Origin: Planctomycetota bacterium
GTDB lineage: Bacteria > Planctomycetota > PLA2 > JAEUHO01
Length of the DNA: 64,000 bases
Assembly: GCA_965223505.1 (NCBI GenBank)
Contig: CBDCWP010000040.1
Coordinates: 128,001-192,000, forward strand
Reading direction: 5' to 3'
Part shown: positions 26,910 to 40,800 of the stretch, piece by piece
Numbering within the stretch: position 1 is the stretch's first letter
Layout of the letters: each line of letters starts with the position of its first letter
Notes under the pieces: generated by a model
Databases searched by the model: none
Seen by the model: the letters and a program-made list of their open reading frames with translations, nothing else
What the model was told of the DNA's origin: nothing
Position numbers and translations under genes: made by a program

Positions 26910-27782
26910 CTACTGAAGGCGGAACGGTATCGGCTGCAAGGCGCGCTTCACCACGCCCGGCGGTCGGAACATGATCGCCCGCATCAAGCGCGTCGCAGCG
27001 CGGTCGAGCAGGTCGTATCCGCTCGACTTGTGGATCTTCGCCGCCGTGACGATGCCGCGTTCGTTGACGGTGATCTCGACGACTGCCGTGCCCTGCTCGC
27101 CGGCGCGTCGCGCGGACAGGGGGTAGAAGCTGTTGATGAACGCCCGGCTCAGCCGCACGGTCGGACGCAAGGGCTTGCCGGCGTTCGGATGTGCGCGCGG
27201 AGGCTGAGGACGCGTCGGGCGCGCGGGCGGGTTCACCGCCGGCGGCGGCGGCAGCGGATCGACACGCAGCGGTTGACGCTTGGGCTTTCGCTTGATCGAC
27301 GTGACCGGCACCATCACCGTCGGCTCGGTCTCCAGCATCGGTACCTCGACCGGATCGGGCAGCTCGAGCGCCGGGTCGATCGGCTCCTCGGCCGTCAGGT
27401 CCGGAATCGTCGAGTCGAGCTCGTCGACCGGCGGCAGCTCCGTGAGCTCGGGCACGTCGTCCAGCGCTTCCGCCACGTCCACGGCGGGCACGCTGATGAA
27501 TGCCTTCGTCGCCGGCCGCTCGGTCGCCTCGAGGCTCGCGACCGCGAACACCAGGATCGCGGCGATGCCGAGACCATGCGCCGCGAACGAGGCGATGAAC
27601 GCCCACGGGTAGACGCGCCGCGGCGCGCGCACGCCCGCCCACGGCGCCTCGGGCGCCGGTACCAGGCTCAGTCCGCCGGTCATGTCGATCTTGCGACCCA
27701 TTCTCAACTCGAGAGTACCAGACCCGGGGGTGGCGTCAGCCACCCGCCCGGCAGAAACGGCTGTGACGGCTCTGTCGTTCAT
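26910..27782 (-). CDS. tonB: TonB family energy transducer
   Basis: TM with SFAAHG, Pro/Glu-rich linker, YPLSARRAGEQGTAVVEITVNERG...SSGYDLLDRAA. Confidence 0.88.
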   Translation of the reverse strand: MNDRAVTAVSAGRVADATPGSGTLELRMGRKIDMTGGLSLVPAPEAPWAGVRAPRRVYPWAFIASFAAHGLGIAAILVFAVASLEATERPATKAFISVPAVDVAEALDDVPELTELPPVDELDSTIPDLTAEEPIDPALELPDPVEVPMLETEPTVMVPVTSIKRKPKRQPLRVDPLPPPPAVNPPARPTRPQPPRAHPNAGKPLRPTVRLSRAFINSFYPLSARRAGEQGTAVVEITVNERGIVTAAKIHKSSGYDLLDRAATRLMRAIMFRPPGVVKRALQPIPFRLQ

Positions 27783-27790
27783 GGGGCTTC

Positions 27791-30055
27791 CTAGAAATCC
27801 ACCTCGAGGCTGAGGAACGCGTGCCGCCCGGCGCCGGCGAAGATGCCCGACGGCGCCCTGCTGGCGATGTAGGTCTCGTCGAAGAGGTTGTTGACCCCCA
27901 CGGAGGCCGTCAGGTTCGTGCGCGGGATGCGGTAGCGGGCGTTGCAGTCCACGACCCAGCGCGAGTCGATCAGACCGACCGTGCCGTCGTTCGAGCCCGG
28001 CACCGTGTTGGCCTGGTCGGTGAACTGCTCGTCGGTGTAGGTCGCCCAGGCGCCGACGCTGAAGCGCTTGGGCCACTCGTACGCGAGCCCGACCGTGAGC
28101 AGGTTGTTGGGCGCATAGGGCAGCTCGTTGCCCTCGAAGATCCCGCCCGGCGTCGTGTTCTCCGTCTCGACGTAGGTCCAGGATCCTTCGAACCACAGGC
28201 TCGGCGCGCAGCGGTTCTTCACGCAGCCGCCGCACATCGCGTGCAGCAGGTCGGCGCGGAAGCTCGCTTCGAGTCCGATGTGCTCCGTCTCACCCGCGTT
28301 CGTGTTCGACGTGCTCGCGCCGCCCGACTCGTTGGCCGGGATGACCTGGTTCTCGAAGTCCATGTAGAACCCGACGACCTCGTAGTGAAGCCACGGCAGC
28401 GGGTCGCCGCGGAATCCGGCTTCGTAGTTCCAGCTCTTCTCGGCTTCGAGATCGAGGTCCGTGCCCATGCTGTCGATGGCGTCGGTCGTGCGCGGCGGCG
28501 CGAACCCGCGGTGCACGCCGGCGAAGAACGTGTTCTTGCGCGGCAGCTGATAGGTGACGCCGAATCCGGGAATCAGCTCGGTGTTGTCCGAGTCGCCGCT
28601 GAAGCTCACCGGCGCGTTGCTCGCGATCTCGAAGTCGCGGTCGAACGAGTACGACTCGACGCGCAGGCCCGCGCTGATGCCGAGGCAGTCGGTGATCTCG
28701 AGCTTCTGCTGCCCGAAGAAGGCGAGTGCGTTCGTGGAGTTGACCTCGCGGTTGCGGGTCACGACCGGCGAAAACGGCGTCGCGCGGTTGTTACGCTCGT
28801 TGATGAACTTCTCGTAGTGGTAGCGCGCGCCGACGTGGAACTCGTGCTCCCGCCCCCACAGCCGCCAGGTGCCGATCAGACGCGGCTCGATGCCCCATTT
28901 GAAGAAGTAGCGGTCTCGCGAGCCAAAGCTGCTGCGCAGGTACACCGCGCCGCCGTCGATCGCCGGGTTGCCGGCCGTGATGACCGTGTTCGCGGGCGCT
29001 GCGGCGAAGCCGTTGTTGCGCGCGAAGTCCTGGCGGTTCCAGTCGCGGCGCGCGTCGCTGATGTAGAAGTTCGTGAGCAGCTCGAGGTTGCGGCAGAAGC
29101 GGTGCTGCAGCGTCGCCTGGCCGCTCTTCCACTCGACCGCGAGCGTGTCGAACTCGGCCAGGTTCCGGCGCGGGTTCTCGTCGAACATCTGCTGCGTGAG
29201 GCCGAGGTACGTCGCCTCGGTGTCCTGGTCGTAGTAGTTCAGCTTGAACGTGACGTTCGTGCGCGGCGTGAAGTACCAGCGGAACTTCGCAGTCAGGTCG
29301 GTGACGTCGAACTCGTTGTTGTTGCGATAGCCGTCTCCGCCCTTGCCGAGCACCTGGATCTGGTAGCCGAACGGGCCGACCGTGTCGCCGTAGCGCGCGT
29401 AGCCGAGCATGTAGCCGTCGGTGCCGACGGTGGCGCGCACGTGCCCGGTCGGACGCAGCGGAATGTCCGGCGTGATGAGGTTGAGAACGCCTCCGACCGT
29501 GTGCGGACCGTAGAGGATCTGGCCGCTGCCCTTGAGCAGCTCGACGCGCTCCATGCGCTCGATCGGCGGGATGTAGTACGCGGCGTTCGTCGCGTACGGC
29601 GCGAACCCGGCCGGCACGCCGTCTTCGAGAATCAGGATCTTCTCCGATCGATCGGGGTTCAGACCGCGCACGCCGATGTTGGGGATCACGCCCTGCCCCA
29701 CCTCGTCGCGCAGGTTGATGCCGGGCACGCCGCGCATCACCTCCTGCACGTTGTTGGCGCGGCGGAACGTGACGAGCTTGTCGAGCCGCAGCTCCTGCCC
29801 CGATCCCGGGACCGTGCGCAGCGCGCTCGACGTCGCCCGCGACGACGCGATGATCGGACGCGCTCCGTAGACGCTCAGATCCAGCGGCGCCCCGCCGTCG
29901 GCGGACTCGATCGGCGCGAGCGGCGGCTCGTCGGCGGGCGGCGCGTCGGGCGCGCCGTCGCCAGCCGCTTCCTCGTCGGCGTTGGCCGTGCCCGTGAGGG
30001 CCAGCGTGGCGATCAGGACCCAGAAGACGGGGCCCCGGCGCTTGTTCCCGGACAT
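27791..30055 (-). CDS. TonB-dependent receptor (FecA-like iron uptake)
   Basis: Plug VPGINL, IGVRGL, LEDGVP, RVELLKGSGQILYGP; LEAEKSWNYEAG; VNNLFDETY; C-terminal Phe. Confidence 0.93.
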   Translation of the reverse strand: MSGNKRRGPVFWVLIATLALTGTANADEEAAGDGAPDAPPADEPPLAPIESADGGAPLDLSVYGARPIIASSRATSSALRTVPGSGQELRLDKLVTFRRANNVQEVMRGVPGINLRDEVGQGVIPNIGVRGLNPDRSEKILILEDGVPAGFAPYATNAAYYIPPIERMERVELLKGSGQILYGPHTVGGVLNLITPDIPLRPTGHVRATVGTDGYMLGYARYGDTVGPFGYQIQVLGKGGDGYRNNNEFDVTDLTAKFRWYFTPRTNVTFKLNYYDQDTEATYLGLTQQMFDENPRRNLAEFDTLAVEWKSGQATLQHRFCRNLELLTNFYISDARRDWNRQDFARNNGFAAAPANTVITAGNPAIDGGAVYLRSSFGSRDRYFFKWGIEPRLIGTWRLWGREHEFHVGARYHYEKFINERNNRATPFSPVVTRNREVNSTNALAFFGQQKLEITDCLGISAGLRVESYSFDRDFEIASNAPVSFSGDSDNTELIPGFGVTYQLPRKNTFFAGVHRGFAPPRTTDAIDSMGTDLDLEAEKSWNYEAGFRGDPLPWLHYEVVGFYMDFENQVIPANESGGASTSNTNAGETEHIGLEASFRADLLHAMCGGCVKNRCAPSLWFEGSWTYVETENTTPGGIFEGNELPYAPNNLLTVGLAYEWPKRFSVGAWATYTDEQFTDQANTVPGSNDGTVGLIDSRWVVDCNARYRIPRTNLTASVGVNNLFDETYIASRAPSGIFAGAGRHAFLSLEVDF

Positions 30056-30099
30056 GTCGAACTCCCTCGGGGCCCTCCGCGGCCCTTCGGTAGTCTACT

Positions 30100-30114
30100 T
30101 GAGAATGATTCTCA
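30100..30114. promoter_or_regulatory. Fur-box-like operator
   Basis: Perfect 7-1-7 palindrome TGAGAAT-G-ATTCTCA in an AT-rich patch about 45 bp upstream of the TonB-dependent receptor. Confidence 0.8.
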
Positions 30115-30155
30115 GGATCATTTTTATAGAGAGAAATGTCATGGCCGAAGCCCCT

Positions 30156-31685
30156 TCATCGCAGGTGCTTCCCGAGGAAGGTCATGACGCGCACCCAGGC
30201 GTCGTCCTTGCTCTCGCTCAGGAACAGGGTCCGGGAGCCGTGCTCGCCGCCCACCTGGACGTAGAGCTCCTTGTCGGTCGAGGCGATGGGATCGTAGACC
30301 CGGCGCGCCTGGGCCTCCTCGTTGGTGGGACAGACGACCAGCGTCGGCACGTCGAGCTTCTTCGCCGCCTCCAGGATCGAGCCGCGCGGCGGCAGGTAGT
30401 CGCCGGGCGAGAACGAGAGGACGGCTGCGAGACCCTTCGTCTCCGCCCCCACGAAGATCGCGAGCGACGAGGAGTACGAGCTGCCCCAGATCGCCATCTT
30501 GCCCGTGAAGCCGAGCTCGCGCGCCCACTTGATCGCGCGCACGAGGTCCGCCTTCGCGTCGAGGTAGCCCTGCGGCTTGTTCGCCTCGGCCGCCCGTTTC
30601 GCCGTCTCGTTCACCACGTCGTTCCACTCGAGACCGCCGGCGCCGGAGCGCTGATCGAGCGCGAGGCAGTTGTAGCCGGCCTTCACGAGGCGTGGCGCGA
30701 TCTTGCGGTACTCGCCGCGGCTGCTGTGCGCCTGATGGAAGAGCAGGATGATCGGCGCGCGCTTGTCGTCGGTCGCGTACAAGTCCGCCGTCAGTTGCAG
30801 ACCGTCGGCTCCCTTGGACTCGATGGTCTTGTAGGGCTTGGCCGGCTCGGGAGCGGGATCGGGAGCGGGTTCGGGATCGGGAGCGGGATCGGGTTTGGGA
30901 GCGGGATCGGGAGCGGGTTCGGGGTCGGGAGCAGGGTCGGGTTCGGGCTTCGGCTCCGGAACGGCAGGCCACATGACGTTCGGCAAGCGACGAACGGCCG
31001 CGCGCTTGTTGCCGATGGCGCGCTGCAGGAAGCCGGCGATGAACGATGCGCCGTAGTCCTTCACCGGACTCATGTGGTCGTCGATGTCGGGGAAGTTCAC
31101 GAACACGCTGAATCCGGCGCCGTAGAAGCGTTTCTGCAGGCCCCGGCCGAAGCTGACCGGAAACGCCGGGTCCTTCTGTCCGTGGAAGATGCCGATCTTC
31201 ACGTGCTTCGCGTTCGCGAGGTCCTTCGGCAGGTCCTTGACCTGCAGCGCGGCGTTCACGATCAACATGCCCTGATACAGCTCGGGCTTCGCGAACAGCA
31301 ACCCCGCCGTTCCCATCGACCCGCGCGAGAACGCCAGCAACACCCACGGACTGATCTTCACGGCCGGATGATGCGTCGCGCACTCCTGCAGCGCCGCGTT
31401 GAGCGCCGCCTGGTCCATCTTCAGCTCGCGGGTCGGCAGCGTCTCGATGACGACGAGCTGCATGTGCTTCGACACCGACGGGTAGATCGTGCCGAACTTG
31501 TTCGCCAGCCCGCGCTCGACGATCAACACCGGGACGACCTTGCCCGGGTCGAGGTCGTCCGGCATGTAGTACGTGCCGTGCTTGCCCTTGATCTGCTTCG
31601 CGCACGCTTCGCCGGGGACGGCGACGAGAAGCAGCGCGACCACCAGCGCCGCGCACGCGACGCCTGCGAGTCCGTACCGAGCCAT
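30156..31685 (-). CDS. Secreted protein with two alpha/beta-hydrolase domains and a Pro-rich linker
   Basis: Signal peptide; domain 1 AFSRGS/FHGQKD/DDH; (PDPA)n linker; domain 2 LLFHQ, DQRSG, WGSSYS, FSPG, HGS. Confidence 0.8.
   Translation of the reverse strand: MARYGLAGVACAALVVALLLVAVPGEACAKQIKGKHGTYYMPDDLDPGKVVPVLIVERGLANKFGTIYPSVSKHMQLVVIETLPTRELKMDQAALNAALQECATHHPAVKISPWVLLAFSRGSMGTAGLLFAKPELYQGMLIVNAALQVKDLPKDLANAKHVKIGIFHGQKDPAFPVSFGRGLQKRFYGAGFSVFVNFPDIDDHMSPVKDYGASFIAGFLQRAIGNKRAAVRRLPNVMWPAVPEPKPEPDPAPDPEPAPDPAPKPDPAPDPEPAPDPAPEPAKPYKTIESKGADGLQLTADLYATDDKRAPIILLFHQAHSSRGEYRKIAPRLVKAGYNCLALDQRSGAGGLEWNDVVNETAKRAAEANKPQGYLDAKADLVRAIKWARELGFTGKMAIWGSSYSSSLAIFVGAETKGLAAVLSFSPGDYLPPRGSILEAAKKLDVPTLVVCPTNEEAQARRVYDPIASTDKELYVQVGGEHGSRTLFLSESKDDAWVRVMTFLGKHLR
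30845..30958 (-). repeat. Degenerate 12/6-nt tandem repeat encoding PEPKPEPDPAPDPEPAPDP linker
   Basis: Iterated GGGAGCGGGATC / GGGTTCGGGATC units. Confidence 0.85.
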
Positions 31686-31720
31686 GGGATCTCTCCTTGG
31701 AGGGCCCCAGTCTCCGACGG

Positions 31721-35428
<3,708 letters not shown>

Positions 35429-35606
35429 GGACTCTCCGACGGAGAAAGGCGCCGAGTGATGAAGGGTGCCGGAAACCCTCGTGATACCGACGTGATTGTG
35501 CCTTGACCGACCGCCAAAGGAAGAACTGCTCCCGGGTCCTGTTCGTGAAGCGGCGAACGGATCCTTACGATCGGCGTTCCCGTACGACACCCCGTGGAGT
35601 GAAGAC

Positions 35607-36122
35607 ATGGCGACCGCAACCCTCAAGGGCAACCCGTTTCAGACGTCCGGCGATCTGCCGGCCGTCGGTTCGTCGGCGCCCGACTTCGAGCTCGTCCGCC
35701 AGGACCTCTCGACGGCGACGCTCGAGACGTTCGCCGGCATGCGCAAGATCGTGAGCATCTTTCCCAGCATCGACACGCCGACCTGCGCGGCCTCCGTTCG
35801 GGCCTTCAACGAGAAGGCCGCATCCCGTGAGGACGTCGTGGTGTTGAACGTCTCGGCCGACCTGCCGTTCGCGTTCAAGCGCTTCTGCGCCGCCGAGGGC
35901 ATCGACGGCGCGGAGTGCCTTTCGACCTTCCGCGGCCCGTCGTTCGCCGACGACTACGGCGTGCGGATCGTGGACGGTCCCTTGAAGGGTCTTTGCGCCC
36001 GTTCGATCGTGGTGCTGGACGAGGGCAACAGCGTCCTGCACACGGAGCTGGTGGGCGAGACGGCCGACGAGCCGAACTACGACGCCGCGCTGTCGGCGCT
36101 CGACTCGGCCACGACGGCATAG
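35607..36122 (+). CDS. tpx: Thiol peroxidase (atypical 2-Cys peroxiredoxin)
   Basis: [39 protein letters not shown]. Confidence 0.96.
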   Translation: MATATLKGNPFQTSGDLPAVGSSAPDFELVRQDLSTATLETFAGMRKIVSIFPSIDTPTCAASVRAFNEKAASREDVVVLNVSADLPFAFKRFCAAEGIDGAECLSTFRGPSFADDYGVRIVDGPLKGLCARSIVVLDEGNSVLHTELVGETADEPNYDAALSALDSATTA

Positions 36123-36214
36123 GGTCGCCCAAACCCATCCGCGCACCGGGGCGACCCTCGTCGTCGCCCATCGCATGCAGCTCGGAACGCCAACCACGCG
36201 CGTAGAACGGAGGC

Positions 36215-37090
36215 ATGTCGATGGCCAACGCCGGAGGCTGGATCCTACTGCTCGTCGCGCTGGGCGTCGCGGGCGGCGTCGCGTACATCGTCATGTCCGA
36301 CGATCCGTCGGCGCCGGCGACGCCCTCCGGCGAGGACGCCCGCCGGGCCCCCTTCGAGCCCGGCAACGGCGCCGAGCCCGAGGTCGAGACCGGTTCGGCC
36401 TCCGGCCATCCCATTCGTCTCGAGCTCGAGACCAACTGCCCCGGCTACGTCGTGGTCAACGAGCCCTTCGAGGTGCTCCTGCGCGTGCACAACGTCAGCC
36501 GGCACGCCCTGCCGAAGGTCGTCTTCGGCGTGCAAGCACACGGCAAGCTCGAACCCGCGCCGGGTTCCAAGGAACCCGAGCGCTGGATCGACCGCATGCC
36601 CGGCGACTACTGGCGCACCCTGAAGGCGAACTACGTCGCGACCGAGGAGGGGATCTTCCGGCTCATCGCGTCCGCGCGCGACGAGACCGGCTGGGCCGCG
36701 GCGGGTCTTTGGATCGACGTGAAGGCCGGTACGTCGCCGTCGACGAACACGATCGCCAACTACGACCGGCTGTCGCTGAAGGTCGAGCTCACGGGGCCGG
36801 AGGTCGTCACCGCCGGCGCGCCGTTTCGCATGACCGCGACGGTGACGAACGTCGGCACCCAGCCCCTGCGCGGCGTCGAGCTGGCACTTTCAGGGGAGGG
36901 CGTGGAGGTCGTCGAAGGCGAGAAGCCACGAACGAGGATCGACGAGCTCGGCGCCCGGCACACGCAGACGCTGGCGGCGATGTTCGTCTCGACCGCTCGG
37001 GGCAAGCAGCGGGTCAACGCTTCGGCGCGCGACGAAAAGGGGTGGGCGGCCGCGGGCGCCGTCCTCGACGTGAACGTCGAGGACGAGTGA
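36215..37090 (+). CDS. Membrane-anchored protein with two tandem Ig-like (CARDB/DUF11-like) domains
   Basis: N-terminal TM; internal duplication ASARDETGWAAAGLWIDV / ASARDEKGWAAAGAVLDV. Confidence 0.75.
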   Translation: MSMANAGGWILLLVALGVAGGVAYIVMSDDPSAPATPSGEDARRAPFEPGNGAEPEVETGSASGHPIRLELETNCPGYVVVNEPFEVLLRVHNVSRHALPKVVFGVQAHGKLEPAPGSKEPERWIDRMPGDYWRTLKANYVATEEGIFRLIASARDETGWAAAGLWIDVKAGTSPSTNTIANYDRLSLKVELTGPEVVTAGAPFRMTATVTNVGTQPLRGVELALSGEGVEVVEGEKPRTRIDELGARHTQTLAAMFVSTARGKQRVNASARDEKGWAAAGAVLDVNVEDE

Positions 37091-37708
37091 TCAGCCGCGC
37101 AGCTTGCGGCGAAAGCGCAGATCCTCGACGCCGTTGAACGTCATCAGCAACGCGCCGGGCGAGGCGTACTCTTCGAACAGATCGTGAACGAGCCGCTCCT
37201 CGCCGGGCCAGGGATAGGCGAACACGACGTCGAAGTCGTCGGGATCGAGCCCGAGCAGTCCGTACCCGTCCATGCCGCCGCTCTCGATCCAGGTGAAGTC
37301 CTCGAGCTCGTCGACCAGGTCCTCGCCCCCGACGGGAACGTAGCTGCCGCAGACGAACTCGACGGAGACGCCGTGGTCCTCGGCCAGGCGCTCGGACTGG
37401 TCCACCAGCGCCGCGTTGATCTCGATGCCGCAGGCGTGAAAGTCGAGCTCGGCGGCCATGCATGCGACGACACCGAAGCCGCTCCCCCATTCGAGGAACG
37501 ACGGCCCGGGCGCCAGGTGCTGCTCCGAGAGCGCGCGCAACCCCTCGAAGACGCGCCGGAAGTCGCAGGGGACGAAGCCGGGGATGGGCTCGTCGAGTCG
37601 TCCGTGCACGAACTGCTCGATCCGGCGGTTCGCGTCGCGGATGAACATCTCGACGTCGTCCGGCAGCGGATCTTCGCGAACTTCGACATCCAGCTGCTCG
37701 ATGGGCAT
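37091..37708 (-). CDS. Class I SAM-dependent methyltransferase
   Basis: FLEWGSGFGV, GIEI, FDVVFAYPWPGE; TAATG coupling. Confidence 0.85.
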   Translation of the reverse strand: MPIEQLDVEVREDPLPDDVEMFIRDANRRIEQFVHGRLDEPIPGFVPCDFRRVFEGLRALSEQHLAPGPSFLEWGSGFGVVACMAAELDFHACGIEINAALVDQSERLAEDHGVSVEFVCGSYVPVGGEDLVDELEDFTWIESGGMDGYGLLGLDPDDFDVVFAYPWPGEERLVHDLFEEYASPGALLMTFNGVEDLRFRRKLRG

Positions 37709-39045
37709 TACCAATCCTTCACCTTGTTGGCGTTCCACCACGAACGGATCCGGTCGACCGCCTTGGCACGTACGGCCTGCGAAGCGCTCGTGCTGTAGCC
37801 CGTGGACGCGAGATCGAGGCGGCGGTAGGGAAACAGCGCGCGCAGGACCGTGCCGAGGCCGGAGTAGGCGTTGGCGCGGACGGTGATGTTGGCGTCCATC
37901 AACGCGTCGATCAGCGGCTCCACGACCGACGCCTGACGAAATCCACCGAGCACCTTGATCGCGTCGGCGCGCTGCGCCGCGTCGTTCTTCGCGATCTCGA
38001 GCACGACCGGCAAGCCCGAGACGTCGTCCTGGCGGCGCAACGCATCGGCGGCCTTCAGACGCCGCGAAGCGTCGTCGGACGCGAGCAGCTCACGCAGGTC
38101 GTCGGCGTCGAGCGCGCCGGGGAACCCGGCCAGCGCGTCGAACGCGGCCTTGCTGACGACGGTGTTCGAATCGTCGATCAGCTTCTTGAGCTGCGGCAGC
38201 GCGGGGCGATAGCCCGCCTTGGCGAGCAGCCGAATCATCGTCGAGAGGTAGCTCGACTCGGTCTCCGTCTCGAGCAGCTTGGTGATCGCTTGCAACACGC
38301 GCGCCGGGATCGAGGGCATCGAGTACAGGAACGTGTTGACGCGCGAGAACGCGCTGTACTCGACCTCGCCCGACGCCAGCGCATCGGCCAGGTCCTGGGC
38401 GCGTTGCGGCTGCCCGAAGCGAAGGAGATACGCCGCCGCCAGTGCGCGCACGCTCGCCGGCGTGTCGACGAGCAGCTTCTCGGCTTCGGCGCGCGCGAGC
38501 CCGTCCTGCACGGTGTAGAGGCAGTACAGGGCGGCGCCGAGTACGGTGTAGGACCGCTTGGGATCGAGTAGGGCGCGGATGCGCGCCTGGAGCGTTTCGT
38601 CGCGAATGCTGTAGAGACGCGAGAGCAGCGTCGAGAGCGCGGCGTCGTCCTGCGGCTCGTCGAGCGCCGCCAGGATGATCTTCAAAACGTCGTTCTCGCC
38701 CTTGCGCAACAGCTCGGCGGCCGCGTGCACGCGCAGGGTGGCGGGCTCCATCTTGACGAGCGGCCGAAGCGCCTTGATCGCGACGTCGGCAGGATAGGAC
38801 CGCAGGATGTAGACGGTGTAGCTCTGCGCGGTGACGTCGAAGCCCCCGACCGCCTCGTGCAGCAACGGAATCGCCTTCGGGTCCTTGCGCGACATCAGCG
38901 TCGTGTAAGCGGCGTTGCGCACAGTCGAGTCGGACGAGCCGAGGTTGACGACGAGCTGCGGCGTGTCGGAGTCCGCGTGCGTCGTCGTCGCCGTCGCGAC
39001 GAGGCAGAGCACGAGCACCGCGGCGACGCGCCGAAGGCTAGCCAC
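37708..39045 (-). CDS. Exported HEAT-repeat protein
   Basis: Signal peptide; repeated VRxAAxxxL / LIDALMDANITVRANA units. Confidence 0.85.
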   Translation of the reverse strand: MASLRRVAAVLVLCLVATATTTHADSDTPQLVVNLGSSDSTVRNAAYTTLMSRKDPKAIPLLHEAVGGFDVTAQSYTVYILRSYPADVAIKALRPLVKMEPATLRVHAAAELLRKGENDVLKIILAALDEPQDDAALSTLLSRLYSIRDETLQARIRALLDPKRSYTVLGAALYCLYTVQDGLARAEAEKLLVDTPASVRALAAAYLLRFGQPQRAQDLADALASGEVEYSAFSRVNTFLYSMPSIPARVLQAITKLLETETESSYLSTMIRLLAKAGYRPALPQLKKLIDDSNTVVSKAAFDALAGFPGALDADDLRELLASDDASRRLKAADALRRQDDVSGLPVVLEIAKNDAAQRADAIKVLGGFRQASVVEPLIDALMDANITVRANAYSGLGTVLRALFPYRRLDLASTGYSTSASQAVRAKAVDRIRSWWNANKVKDW

Positions 39046-40735
39046 CGGTGGTCGCTCCGCCGCCGCCGCTCGATCCGCCGCCGGGTCCGCGCGACGGTCG
39101 GCCGGTCGTGGTCGTCGTGCTGTCCGAGGACGAGCTGGGCTTCTCGCGCGGGGGCGGCGTCGTCGTCTTGCCGCGGAACGTCGGATAGAAGCGCGCGATG
39201 CCGGCGCGGCGAATCGCGATGCCGAACGGCCCGTGGTCGTAACGCGAGGTGAACTCGGCGAAGACCTTCCCGAACGAGCGAATCGCGAGCTTGAACGCTT
39301 CCCCGCCGGGAAGGTGCACCTGCTGGAACGGCGCGACGCCGTGGCAGAGGCACATGTTCGAGTAGCCGATGCCGACCGGGGTCATGTCGCTGCCGTACCA
39401 GGGCCGCTCGGGCGGTTCGATCGGCCGGTCGATCTTGCCGATCATCGTCGGACCCGCCTCTTTGCACCACGCGGAGTACGCCATGAGGTTCAGACGCGTC
39501 AGGTGCAGCATCACGCGCGTGTACTCGGCCTGCGCCTCGAAGCGCGGCAGGCCGCGGCTCGACCGCGCGCGTTCGATGTCCGCCTCGAACGACGTGATCA
39601 GCTGACTGCACGCCTTCACGGCTTTGTCCGCGCGGTTGGCGTTGCGCTTGAAGGAGAGACTCGTCGTGAGCGGCAGCCACGCGGCCGAGCGCCGCTGCTC
39701 GAGCTTGAGCGAGCCGCCCGCGAGTTTCACGGACGGCTTGCTGCGTACGAGACCCTGCTTCGACGCCTGGCCCCAGAGCTTGAGCGTCGCGCGAAAGAAG
39801 GGATCGCCGGCCGCCGCCGCGTAGGCGTGTTTGCGCGAGTCGGTGATCGGCGCCGTCGCCTTGACGCGGTGGGTTTGATAGCTCTCCCCCGGCGGCGTGT
39901 GGTCGTTCGTGCAGAACGGGCAGCCGTCGTAGAAGGCGCACTGGTGCGCGCTGTCCGGGGTGGAATAGAGGAACACGCGGCCTTCGGTGGCGCGCGCCAG
40001 TCGACTCAGGCCATAGAAGGCGAAGCCGGCGGGGGCGACCTCGTTGCCCTGGACCTTTTGGAAGATCCACCCCCACGGGATCTGCTCGAACGCGCCGTCG
40101 CCGCCGGTGAGCCGCGTGCCGCGCGGCGGCTTGGTCGCGGTGGACGCGTGGCTCGAGTAGTAGCTGTCGGCGAGCAGCGCCTCCCGCGCGATGACGTGCA
40201 GCCGGATCTTGGCGCGTCGAAGCGCGGCGACGGTCGCCTCGAGGTCGTCTTCGGCGTCGCCGTTCTCGAGCGTGACGAGGACGAGCTCGCGGGCCCCCGA
40301 CTTGCCCGAGAGCGCGCCGGCGACCCGTCGCAGGTCGGCGTAGACGTTCTGGAACGACGCGTCGGGCTTGGCGAGGACGTCGGTCACCGTCTGCAGGACC
40401 GCGCCGAGGTCGGCGGTCGGCTTGAGGGCGACGCCCTTCTTCGCGCCGGTGCGCGCGACACCGATCGTGGTCGTGCCCATGCGGTCGGCGTTGCGCGTGA
40501 ACGCAGCGGTGAGGCGGTCGGCGAACGCGGCCGTCTGCAACGACGCGGTGGGATCGACGAGGAAGAAGAGGGTGCGTTCCTGCGAATCGCGCCCGCGCAT
40601 GTCGAGGATGACGTCGAGGGCGCGGTCGAGCGAGCGACCGGGTTCGGTGACGCCGGCGGCGGTGGCGGACTCGTCGGCCTGCACGTTGGGCGTTCCAGCG
40701 AGCACGAGCAGGAGAACGAAGAGCAGGCGGCGCAT
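39038..40735 (-). CDS. Exported vWA-like domain protein
   Basis: Signal peptide; FFLVDPTASL, LVLVTLENGD, LSRLARATEGRVF. Confidence 0.65.
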   Translation of the reverse strand: MRRLLFVLLLVLAGTPNVQADESATAAGVTEPGRSLDRALDVILDMRGRDSQERTLFFLVDPTASLQTAAFADRLTAAFTRNADRMGTTTIGVARTGAKKGVALKPTADLGAVLQTVTDVLAKPDASFQNVYADLRRVAGALSGKSGARELVLVTLENGDAEDDLEATVAALRRAKIRLHVIAREALLADSYYSSHASTATKPPRGTRLTGGDGAFEQIPWGWIFQKVQGNEVAPAGFAFYGLSRLARATEGRVFLYSTPDSAHQCAFYDGCPFCTNDHTPPGESYQTHRVKATAPITDSRKHAYAAAAGDPFFRATLKLWGQASKQGLVRSKPSVKLAGGSLKLEQRRSAAWLPLTTSLSFKRNANRADKAVKACSQLITSFEADIERARSSRGLPRFEAQAEYTRVMLHLTRLNLMAYSAWCKEAGPTMIGKIDRPIEPPERPWYGSDMTPVGIGYSNMCLCHGVAPFQQVHLPGGEAFKLAIRSFGKVFAEFTSRYDHGPFGIAIRRAGIARFYPTFRGKTTTPPPREKPSSSSDSTTTTTGRPSRGPGGGSSGGGGATTGG

Positions 40736-40800
40736 CGCGTACAGGGTACCGCGATCGGACCCGATGAACCCACCCCGCCGATGAGGTAGGGTGCGCGTCG

